Source of the DNA: a bacterium | Lineage (GTDB): Bacteria > Patescibacteriota > Minisyncoccia > Phycocordibacterales > DATDWN01 | Length of the DNA: 64,000 nucleotides | Assembly: GCA_037134875.1 (NCBI GenBank) | Contig: JBAXLH010000001.1 | Coordinates: 5,322 to 69,321, forward strand | Direction of reading: 5' to 3' | Shown here: piece by piece, positions 7,811-16,102 of the stretch | Layout: every line of letters starts with the position of its first letter | Numbering within the stretch: the first letter of the stretch is position 1 | Notes under the pieces: model-generated | What the model was told of the DNA's origin: nothing | The model's database searches: none | The model's input: the letters and a program-made list of their open reading frames with translations, nothing else | Program-made: the position numbers and the translations under genes

Positions 7811-10156
7811 TTATTTACTCTTCGATGCTTCAGTGACAACATCATCAATCGTACACACTCCGCCGGCACAGGCCATTTCGGCTTTTTGTTCGAGCTCGTC
7901 TGTTGCTTCGTAACTCACAATTTTCGAGAAATCAATATGTTCAAATCGTTTGAGCATTTCCTCGTATGTCTTTTTGTCTATTGTTTCGTATGGTGCAAGC
8001 TGGTAGATATGGTTGTCTCGAGGCAAAAATGTCAGTCCTCCGACAATATCCCAATGTTTAAACAACCAGTGTGCAACCTCGATCCATTCATCCTCACCGA
8101 CTGAAATAGTTGTCGATGGGTTGTGTTCTGTATAGTTTTCTTTCAAAACTTTCCAGTATTCGAGCTGTTCGATAGCAGACTGATCGTCTTTGAATATTGA
8201 TCCATTTGGTGCTTTTACTGGGAAATCAAGTACATACGTCGTAGCAGATTCTGCTGGCTGACCAACCTCGGGATGAAATGGTACGCCTTGGTCACGGAGC
8301 ATTTTGAAAAGTGAATCTGTCGAGGCAATACGAACCCGTCGAATGTAGTACGCGCTGTGTCGTGGATGCATTCCAGACGACGAATCCACTGTTTGTGAAA
8401 GATTTCCTGATGGTTTAACACAGGTAATACAAGTTGACTCACTGATACCAAATCGTTTTGCATACAATTTGTTGACTTTGATTGCCTCCGCACGGAGTTT
8501 TCGCAACACTTCTGGTTTTCGTGACACAGGAGAATCCCATTGACCAGTTACAGACACGCCGAGGAGTCGTTCTGCTTCACAATTGGTTTTCCATTCTTTT
8601 GAAAGATATGGAAAATGTGTGAGTGTAGACTGATATGTGCCGAGGATTGTTGCGACGCGAATTTTCTTGAGAAGCGAAGCCTCCGTATCATCAGCCCGAG
8701 CCACCACCTCGGATAGATTACAAAACTGTTTTGACTGCAAAATAATTTCTCCACATGGGTTTGTTCCAACAGGTTTGACGATTGTGCCACCCTCTACAAT
8801 TCCCTCTTCCTCCCAAAGTTTGATACGTCTCGAAGGCAAAGTTTTCATAAGTCCGCCACGATTGAAAATACCTCGCTCTCCTGCGTTTGACTTGATGAGA
8901 GCCACCCATTCATCGAGAAACTCTGTACTCGTTGGTTTTGTCTCGTACACCGCCGAGTTGTTGGCGAGAGATCGCTGGGGATTTGTCATCCAGAACTGAC
9001 CCTTTTTAGCATCGCGAATCTCGTTGTCATCGAGGTCAGAGAGTGAAATCATCGCGCTTCGACGCACACCTCCAGCCACGACAATTTCGCCGATTTTGCA
9101 GAGAATGTCATACGCATCAATATTTTCGAGTCGCTTACCCTGTCTCGACAAAAATTTACTCTTTGTAAATGTCAAAAGTTGTCGGAGTGGCTCTGGTCCG
9201 CTCGACTTGCCTCCCATTGTTTTGAGTCGTGCTCCAGCTGGTCGGAGAAGTGAGTAGTCAAAATCAACATCAACACCACTTGCCCATGCCTCCATACCAT
9301 GCAAAAATGCATCACACCAACCCTCTTTGCTATCTGCAATAACATATGTAGGAAGTTTTTTGCCAGTCTGTCTGTGAATTTGTGGAAGTTTCTGAATGTT
9401 CTCACTCTGTACTGCCCAACCAGCACCCGTTCCACACATTGAGATATACATCACCTCGGAAAAATCTCGGAATTTTTCTGGCGCAACAAACGAACAGTTG
9501 TAGGCAGCGACGTTTGTAGTACGAGCAGCTGTTCCAGCAAACTGGAGAAGACGCATTGATGGCATTGCTCCCTGATCCAAAATCGCCTCGCGGACTTCTT
9601 TGTATTCTGCCGGTTTGAGTTTGTCTCCCAAATTTTCTTTCATAAAGGAAACATACCGATCTACTGTCTCAACCCATGTCTCGCGACGATTTTCCTCTGG
9701 AATCCATTTTGAATATGTTCGATAGTACACAAACTCGCCAAGTGGGTTTTTGAAATGACGTTTGCTCTCCTCTGCAAGCTTTTTGACCTTTTCTGGTACC
9801 TCAATTCCCTTGTATCTCAGTTTGTTTCGCTCTTCTCTGTACAAAATATAGGCTTTTGCTGTGGCAACATACTCTGAAAGCATAAGCTCTTTTTCAACCG
9901 AGTTCTGAATTCCCTCCACCGTTGGCACAAACGTGGGATGTTTCTTGGAGATGCGCACAAGGTCGGCAAAAACCTTGTTTGCAACCATTTCAGCCTCCTC
10001 GAGAGACCCTTCATTTGAGGCAAGCATTGCTTTGTTGATGGCAATGACGATTCGCTCAACATCAAAAGGCACAAGTTCACCGTTTCTTTTCTCTACTTTT
10101 TTTATCAAACCACTCTTTTTCTCTACTTTTTCGGTTTTTTTTGTGTCTTTTGCCAT
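7811..10156 (-). CDS. nrdJ: Class II (adenosylcobalamin-dependent) ribonucleotide reductase with an N-terminal ATP-cone
   Basis: 781 aa. It has an ATP-cone-like N-terminus, a large RNR barrel with conserved Cys/Asn/Glu regions, and a C-terminal CxxC pair (ACAGGVC), a monomeric class II RNR pattern. Confidence 0.85.
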   Translation of the reverse strand: MAKDTKKTEKVEKKSGLIKKVEKRNGELVPFDVERIVIAINKAMLASNEGSLEEAEMVANKVFADLVRISKKHPTFVPTVEGIQNSVEKELMLSEYVATAKAYILYREERNKLRYKGIEVPEKVKKLAEESKRHFKNPLGEFVYYRTYSKWIPEENRRETWVETVDRYVSFMKENLGDKLKPAEYKEVREAILDQGAMPSMRLLQFAGTAARTTNVAAYNCSFVAPEKFRDFSEVMYISMCGTGAGWAVQSENIQKLPQIHRQTGKKLPTYVIADSKEGWCDAFLHGMEAWASGVDVDFDYSLLRPAGARLKTMGGKSSGPEPLRQLLTFTKSKFLSRQGKRLENIDAYDILCKIGEIVVAGGVRRSAMISLSDLDDNEIRDAKKGQFWMTNPQRSLANNSAVYETKPTSTEFLDEWVALIKSNAGERGIFNRGGLMKTLPSRRIKLWEEEGIVEGGTIVKPVGTNPCGEIILQSKQFCNLSEVVARADDTEASLLKKIRVATILGTYQSTLTHFPYLSKEWKTNCEAERLLGVSVTGQWDSPVSRKPEVLRKLRAEAIKVNKLYAKRFGISESTCITCVKPSGNLSQTVDSSSGMHPRHSAYYIRRVRIASTDSLFKMLRDQGVPFHPEVGQPAESATTYVLDFPVKAPNGSIFKDDQSAIEQLEYWKVLKENYTEHNPSTTISVGEDEWIEVAHWLFKHWDIVGGLTFLPRDNHIYQLAPYETIDKKTYEEMLKRFEHIDFSKIVSYEATDELEQKAEMACAGGVCTIDDVVTEASKSK

Positions 10157-10339
10157 ATTTTTTACAAAAAATTAAATTATTTTAATAAATTTTTAAAAAT
10201 TTCTTATTTAGTCATCATATTGTACTCTATATTGACGTAAAAAAACTGTGGATAACGAACATTTTTTCATTCATAAAATGAATTGAAAAAAATGTAAAGT
10301 TGTCATTCCAAACGAGCCGATGCTACAACACTTTTTCCA

Positions 10340-10789
10340 TTATTCTTTTACAAAAATAATGGAATCACCTATTTTTATATTATATTTCTCTGTAAGTCCT
10401 GCAGAAATTTCCAAAACATACTGAGACAGAGTACTCGTACCATACGCAGTTGGATACGTTTCCGGTGACAAATTTTTCTCGATGTGGGAAATTTTTAAAT
10501 CTTGAGAAATCCAAATAATATCCAGTGGGAAGAGCATATCTTTCATCCAAAAAGAATGAATACTTTGATCTGGAAATACAAAAAACATTCCCTGATTTTC
10601 AGCAAGTGGTTTGTGGCCCGAAAGTCCTTTCATTTGGAGATATGATGTATCTGCTATTTCTACCACAAAAGTCTTTCCATCGACTGATAGCTCTTTTATT
10701 TCTATTTTATGGGGCGAAAATAACAAAAATACAGAAAAAAACACCACAACAACCAAAATAATTATTGTAATGATAATTTTCTGATTCAT
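10340..10789 (-). CDS. DUF192-family protein (COG1430-like), N-terminal membrane anchor
   Basis: The central motif is …GLSGHKPLAENQGMFFVFP…FWMKDMLFPLDIIWI…. Confidence 0.6.
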   Translation of the reverse strand: MNQKIIITIIILVVVVFFSVFLLFSPHKIEIKELSVDGKTFVVEIADTSYLQMKGLSGHKPLAENQGMFFVFPDQSIHSFWMKDMLFPLDIIWISQDLKISHIEKNLSPETYPTAYGTSTLSQYVLEISAGLTEKYNIKIGDSIIFVKE

Positions 10790-10805
10790 TGTGAAATTAT
10801 ATCAC

Positions 10806-10840
10806 ACAAAAACCCGCATCTCTGCGGGTTTTTGTTTTTA
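10806..10840. terminator. Bidirectional rho-independent terminator hairpin
   Basis: The sequence is aaaaacccgcatctctgcgggtttttgttttt. Confidence 0.55.
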
Positions 10841-10983
10841 GATTATTTATCTAATGTTTGAAACTTTCAGATTTGAGTAAGGTCGCGTATAAAATAAAAA
10901 TCAGACTGGAGACGTATATTGATACGTTGACAGCCTGATTTTTATTTTAGACGATGAGATTACTCAAATCTGGAAGTTTTTAA

Positions 10984-11277
10984 TTACCAGTTTCGACCTC
11001 CTCGATTGTCGTTTCGTGGTGCTCGAGGCTCCATTGGACGTGCCTCATTTACTGTGAGTTTTCGTCCTTCGAGCTCTTTACCATTCCACATATCGATTGC
11101 GGCCTGTGCATCTTCGTCAGATGCCATTTCGACGAAACCGAATCCTTTTGATCGGCCTGTCATTTTATCCATGATAATAGTTGCAGAAACTACTGTTCCT
11201 GCCTGTGCGAATGCATCTTTGAGTCCGCTATCGTTTGTAGCGTATGCGATGCCTCCGACATATAACTTCTTTGCCAT
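10984..11277 (-). CDS. RRM-domain RNA-binding protein
   Basis: The RNP-2 motif is LYVGGI and the RNP-1 motif is KGFGFVEM. There is a Gly/Arg-rich tail. Confidence 0.85.
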   Translation of the reverse strand: MAKKLYVGGIAYATNDSGLKDAFAQAGTVVSATIIMDKMTGRSKGFGFVEMASDEDAQAAIDMWNGKELEGRKLTVNEARPMEPRAPRNDNRGGRNW

Positions 11278-11452
11278 TTCTTTATCCCTAGTCTTTATAT
11301 TAAATTGTGTAAGGCGACTAGCTCTCTTACTTTTTCAACGCTTTCGCCTCGAAAACCTACGAGAAACTTACATTGGTATATAGTATACTCCTCTTGCTTT
11401 TATTTGTCAAGTGTGGTGTGAATAACCTTACCAGAGAAAAACAATGCATTTC

Positions 11453-12820
11453 TTATCTCCTCGAAATTCCATACTCATTGAGGTAATCAATATCACTCTG
11501 AATACTATTTTTGAGATTTTGTACACTCTTGCCATACGTACATGATGATCCCCCACTACCATAATACTTGCAGGCAGCTCTCATTTCGCTCGTGTATGTA
11601 CCAGCCGAGGCACCAAGGTCACCGAGGTAGAGCGCAGAAGCCATAAATGCATCCTGAGGTGCCCATGGATTGGCATCGTGTCCCAAAATTGATTTCAAAC
11701 GGTCTTCAAACAACTGCCACGTAGACGCAATAAACTGTGCAGGTCCCATTGCCCCACCGTATCCACCAGCACTCGGAATCGGACATGACACAACCGTCTT
11801 GAGAGGATCGAGTCCGAGATTTTTTGTAATTTCCAAAAACGGCGGAATGTCACGGCTCGGCTTCATTAGGTTTGACCAGACTTTGTTGGTTGTAATATTT
11901 ATTCCAGCGCCAGATGTTGTATCAGTCAAATAACATTTGCCCACGTTTGCACCGAGGCTACTTTCTTGTGTAAGAACTGCGAGGAGAAATGCTGGAGAGA
12001 CGCCGGTTTTGTCTGATGCGGATTGTGCATACGTCAGAGCGGTACCAAACGGAATAGCCGCACCTCCACCGGCAAGGTTGAAGAGTTTTGCTCGTATTTG
12101 TGCTGCCTTGGCCTGCTGATCTGCGAGAACCTGTGCGTATGTTTTCTCTTTTGTTTTGTTTACTTGAATGAGATACTGTTTTTGTTGCTCATTTTGCTGA
12201 ACTTGTTTTTGCTGAACTGCCATTGCCTGGCGCTGATTTGTCTCCTCATCTTTTTTCTTGGCGAGCGCTACTTTTTCCTGTTCGGTCAAATCCTTTGTCG
12301 CACGAATCTCTACAAACAAATCCGCCAAATCTTTTTTGATAGTCTGAAATGAATCAATGTCAGAGAAAAAATCTGAGATATTTTTGTTTCCGAGAACCAC
12401 CTCGGGCAAAGACATTTGATCGATCTCATTTGTTTTACGAATGAGTTGTGCCAAGGATTCGTGACCTTTGTCTATTTTTGTTTCCAGCTGAGTTATTTTG
12501 ACAGTTTTCTGCTCTATATCTACACCGAGTTGTGCAATGGCAATATTTCTCTGTTTTATAAACGCCTGTGCCTGTTTTATTTTTGCATTCAAAACATTCG
12601 CCTCTTGTTGGAGAGACGCGGTATCTTTTTTTGACGCATCAAGTATTGATTGCCATTTTGCAATATCTGCCTCCGTCTGTGCGAGCTCTGCCTGCCATTG
12701 TGCTTTTTGCTCTTCTGCCGTGAGTGCGTGTGAATATACAGGAAAAATAGATGCAAAAATGAGAAAAACTATGAAAAACTTAATTTTAGGATATGAAAAA
12801 AACATAATGATTTCTGTCAC
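11453..12820 (-). CDS. Secreted coiled-coil protein with a C-terminal lytic-transglycosylase (SLT-like) domain
   Basis: 455 aa with a signal/TM segment and a long Q/A/K-rich coiled coil. The C-terminus is …LTQESSLGAN…GGYGGAMGPAQFIASTWQ, which is SLT-like. Confidence 0.5.
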   Translation of the reverse strand: MTEIIMFFSYPKIKFFIVFLIFASIFPVYSHALTAEEQKAQWQAELAQTEADIAKWQSILDASKKDTASLQQEANVLNAKIKQAQAFIKQRNIAIAQLGVDIEQKTVKITQLETKIDKGHESLAQLIRKTNEIDQMSLPEVVLGNKNISDFFSDIDSFQTIKKDLADLFVEIRATKDLTEQEKVALAKKKDEETNQRQAMAVQQKQVQQNEQQKQYLIQVNKTKEKTYAQVLADQQAKAAQIRAKLFNLAGGGAAIPFGTALTYAQSASDKTGVSPAFLLAVLTQESSLGANVGKCYLTDTTSGAGINITTNKVWSNLMKPSRDIPPFLEITKNLGLDPLKTVVSCPIPSAGGYGGAMGPAQFIASTWQLFEDRLKSILGHDANPWAPQDAFMASALYLGDLGASAGTYTSEMRAACKYYGSGGSSCTYGKSVQNLKNSIQSDIDYLNEYGISRR

Positions 12821-12911
12821 TACTTATTATACTCATTTTTCGCCCAATATACAAAATCCAACAGTGATTTTCTGTTGGATTTTGTTTGTAGAAATTAGTG
12901 AGATACAAATG

Positions 12912-13550
12912 CTATTCAGCTGGCTCTGCTTCCTCGTCTTTCTTACCTTTCTTTTCAACCTCGATAGCTGAGAGATCAATTGGTGTAGAAACTTCTTCCA
13001 CTTCTTCCTTTGGAGCAGAAACAGATGCAACGACTTCCTCTTCATTTTCTTCCAATACAACCCCGTGAGGCATTTTTATTTGAGAAGCTGTAATCACATC
13101 ACCAAACTGTGCAAGTGATGAAATGTCCACCTCGATAACGTGTGGAATATGTTGTGGATCGGCAGAAATTTTGATTTCGTGGAGAATTTTGTTGAGGTTA
13201 CCACTCAAGTCTTTGACCGCTGGAGAAACACCGATAAACTCGAGAGGAACAGAAACGTCGATTTTCTTGCCTTTTTCAAAGACGTAAAAATCTGCATGGA
13301 AAGGATTGCCTGAAATTGGATCCATATCAACAGTGTGAATGAGTGTATCCACCGAAGCTGTCTTGTCTTTGAGGGTTACAACACCGGATTCCCCCACTGC
13401 TTTCCAAACTTTTATAAAATCTTTTAATGAAACGGAGATAGGAGTTGAAGCAGTTTTTTTGCCGTAAAAAACAGCTGGCATAAGGCCGTCTTTTCTCAAA
13501 CTATCCAATTTGTCCGCCTTGTTTCGAATGTGTATGTCTAAAGTATTCAT
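12912..13550 (-). CDS. rplY: 50S ribosomal protein L25 / general stress protein Ctc
   Basis: The start is taken at MNTLDIHIRNKADKLDSLRKDGLMPAVFYGK…, the Ctc-form L25 with an acidic C-terminal tail. Confidence 0.8.
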   Translation of the reverse strand: MNTLDIHIRNKADKLDSLRKDGLMPAVFYGKKTASTPISVSLKDFIKVWKAVGESGVVTLKDKTASVDTLIHTVDMDPISGNPFHADFYVFEKGKKIDVSVPLEFIGVSPAVKDLSGNLNKILHEIKISADPQHIPHVIEVDISSLAQFGDVITASQIKMPHGVVLEENEEEVVASVSAPKEEVEEVSTPIDLSAIEVEKKGKKDEEAEPAE

Positions 13551-13602
13551 ATTGCAGTAGTCTACCAGAATTAAATAAAAAATCAACTAAGAAGCGACTG
13601 CA

Positions 13603-13754
13603 CCTCCTCCTGCCATACTCATTTTCAGAGCAACCTTACATTTCCCTGCGGAAATGTAAGGCCGTCCTCGGTCTGAACTTGTCAAGAAGAAATGCCTTGA
13701 CAAGTCCGGCTTCAGACCTGCGGGGTCTCTGAAAATGAGTATGTCAGGAGGAGG
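13603..13754. repeat. Palindromic element, family R2b (related to R2; core contains cttgtcaag…cttgacaagtc)
   Basis: The arms cctcctcctgccatactcattttcagag / ctctgaaaatgagtatgtcaggaggagg are 28 nt with 1 mismatch. It lies immediately adjacent to an R2 copy. Confidence 0.55.
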
Positions 13755-13792
13755 TACATCCAATACTCTGACTATTCAACGGTCGGTTAAAG

Positions 13793-13957
13793 ACCGAAGT
13801 TACTTGCAAATGTTTTTTGAGCCCCCGCAGGCCGTGAGCTGGTCTTGTCAACGACCCGAGCACAGCGAGGGCTCTTGACAAGTCACGGCCGAGGACAGCC
13901 AATCAGTTCGCAGGAACTGATTGGGAAGCTCAAAAAACATTTGCAAGTAACTTCGGT
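13793..13957. repeat. Palindromic element, family R2 (core gcatccgcaggccgtgaRcWtggtcttgtcaaYgacccgagcacagcgagRgctcttgacaagtcacggccgaggac)
   Basis: The core is shared with 15935-16102 and 62097-62270. The perfect 29-nt arms accgaagttacttgcaaatgttttttgagc / gctcaaaaaacatttgcaagtaacttcggt are copy-specific. Confidence 0.7.
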
Positions 13958-13980
13958 TTTTCAACTACCAATTTTTTCCG

Positions 13981-15021
13981 CTACTCTTCCAATTCCGGTT
14001 TTTCTAGGACGACTGTTTCGATGCCGACGGCAGTGCCAGAAATGCGTACCACATCTTTGTCGATTTTTTTAAACTCTTTGCTCGACTTGTTGAAATGGTT
14101 GACGACTGTCTCGAGCGAGTTGCCAAGCTTGTTGTGATACTCTTCATAGCTCTTGAGGTGCGTGGAGAGCTCGCCAACCCGCTTTATAATGTCCTTTGCT
14201 GTCTCCTCGATCTGCATCGCCTTGAGACCTTGGAGAACTGTCTGGAGATATGCCAAAAATGACGTCGGCGAAACAATGATCACTTTGTATTTTCCAGCCG
14301 CACGTTGTATGAGATTTTCTGTGTCCTCACTCACCGCACCGATTTTGTTGATAAGGAGATCATAGTAAATCGCTTCGTGTGGAATAAACATAAAGGCAAA
14401 ATCCATCGTCCCTTCGTCCGGACGAATATATTTTGATGTCTCTGTAATGCGGAGCTTGAGATCATTCATAAAAAGTTTTTCCAGTCGGTCTTTCTCACTC
14501 GGATCTTTTGCCTCGGAAAGTCTGTTGTAGTTTTCTAGAGAAAATTTTGAGTCCACTGGAATGATTTTGTCTTTCACAAACACGACCGCGTCCACAATTT
14601 CGCCATTTTTGAATCCATACTGCATTTGGTACTGACTTGGTGGCAATACATTTTTGAGAAGTGTTTCCAGATAATATTCTCCGAGAATTCCGCGCTGTTT
14701 TGGATTTTTCAAAATGTCTTGCAAGTTCTGGAGCTGGTCTGCAAAGGAAACCACCTGACGATTTGTTTCGTCGAGTTTTGTCAGTCCTTTTGTGACCTCG
14801 CGAATAAGATTTGCCGACTCGCCGAGCTGACTTCGCACCGACTCATTCATATGTCGGCTACTCTCACCGATCTTTGCATCCATGGTGCGGTTGAGTTCGT
14901 TGATCTGCTGGAGAATGAGCTTGAGACCAGTATCGTCTGTCGTTTTCTGACTCGGTCGCAAAAAATAAACAATAAACCCACCAACAATGAGTCCAATCAA
15001 AATGTAAAGTAAAATTTCCAT
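13981..15021 (-). CDS. rmuC: DNA recombination protein RmuC
   Basis: 346 aa with an N-terminal TM helix, a long coiled coil and the RmuC C-terminal domain. Confidence 0.8.
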   Translation of the reverse strand: MEILLYILIGLIVGGFIVYFLRPSQKTTDDTGLKLILQQINELNRTMDAKIGESSRHMNESVRSQLGESANLIREVTKGLTKLDETNRQVVSFADQLQNLQDILKNPKQRGILGEYYLETLLKNVLPPSQYQMQYGFKNGEIVDAVVFVKDKIIPVDSKFSLENYNRLSEAKDPSEKDRLEKLFMNDLKLRITETSKYIRPDEGTMDFAFMFIPHEAIYYDLLINKIGAVSEDTENLIQRAAGKYKVIIVSPTSFLAYLQTVLQGLKAMQIEETAKDIIKRVGELSTHLKSYEEYHNKLGNSLETVVNHFNKSSKEFKKIDKDVVRISGTAVGIETVVLEKPELEE

Positions 15022-15088
15022 AAGAACATTATACTAAAAATGAATAAAATATGATATTCTAAACACAATCAACTAATTCATAATAATT

Positions 15089-15544
15089 ATGTCACTACAC
15101 ACACAAATAAAAGAACAGGTCAAAGAAGCAATGAAAAGCAAAGACTCAGTGCGACTCGGGGTTGTGCGCGGACTTCTCGCTGGATTTACAAACGAACTCG
15201 TTGCACAGAAAAAGCCACCACAGGGAGAGCTTTCTGATGATGAAGTGTTGAATGTTATTTCTCGTGCGGTCAAACAGCGCAAGGATTCCATTGAGCAGTT
15301 TACAAAAGGCGGACGTGCCGACCTGGCTGACTCCGAGAAAGCCGAGCTTGCAATCCTCGAAACATACCTCCCAGAACAAATGTCACGAGAAGAAGTTATG
15401 AAAGTAGCACAAGCAAAGATGTCAGAACTTGATGTCACAGATAAATCCGGTGCTGGAAAATTCATCGGTGCGCTGATGAAAGATCTCAAAGGCAAAGCTG
15501 ACGGCGGACTAGTAAAATCTGTCGTTGATGAACTCCTCAAGTAA
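15089..15544 (+). CDS. GatB/YqeY-domain protein
   Basis: 151 aa. The sequence MSLHTQIKEQVKEAMKSKD…ILETYLPEQMSREEV… matches the YqeY family. Confidence 0.8.
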   Translation: MSLHTQIKEQVKEAMKSKDSVRLGVVRGLLAGFTNELVAQKKPPQGELSDDEVLNVISRAVKQRKDSIEQFTKGGRADLADSEKAELAILETYLPEQMSREEVMKVAQAKMSELDVTDKSGAGKFIGALMKDLKGKADGGLVKSVVDELLK

Positions 15545-15636
15545 CCAGGCCAATAAAACTTCGTAAAAATGACTTTTCCACAGGCATATTGACTTTTTGT
15601 GTTTAGTAAAGTATAGTTTTTCTTAGAGGTGAGAAC

Positions 15637-15864
15637 TTGATCAGCTCCGAACGGGCGAACAAGATCGCCAATGAGGTTTCGCATGAATACGCGAGACTCA
15701 AGAATATGAAGGGTGTGAAGATTGATTTTTCACTCCTGTTGTTGGAGTTCGTTGGAAAGAATGTTAATTCCACCGACGAAATCTTTGAGATGAAATCCGC
15801 CGTTGCACGGATTCTCGCTGAGAGAAGAAAAAATAAACCAAAGCATTTTTATCATAGAAACTAG
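15637..15864 (+). CDS. Hypothetical small protein
   Basis: 75-aa ORF followed by a hairpin terminator (acggactggcccacacggcagtccgttttt at ~15884-15915). Confidence 0.3.
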   Translation: MISSERANKIANEVSHEYARLKNMKGVKIDFSLLLLEFVGKNVNSTDEIFEMKSAVARILAERRKNKPKHFYHRN

Positions 15865-15934
15865 GAATTCTTCTCTCTTTTATAACGGACTGGCCCACAC
15901 GGCAGTCCGTTTTTGTTTGTAAAAAAATAATCGT

Positions 15935-16102
15935 AATTATAAAACACCTTTTGAATTTTTCGGAGCATCCGCAGGCCGTGAACATGGTCTTGTCAACGAC
16001 CCGAGCACAGCGAGGGCTCTTGACAAGTCACGGCCGAGGACCGAATGAGCTTTTCGCCGGAAAAGCGAATGTATCCGAAAAATTCAAAAGGTGTTTTATA
16101 AT
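15935..16102. repeat. Palindromic element, family R2
   Basis: The conserved R2 core has the copy-specific arms aattataaaacaccttttgaatttttcgga / tccgaaaaattcaaaaggtgttttataatt. The right arm overlaps the stop codon of the 16103.. gene. Confidence 0.7.

Noticed and set aside
10160-10339. Cobalamin riboswitch upstream of the class II RNR gene
   Set aside because: The region is simply AT-rich with short palindromes. I could not recognise the B12-box or conserved riboswitch helices by eye. It is left unannotated.
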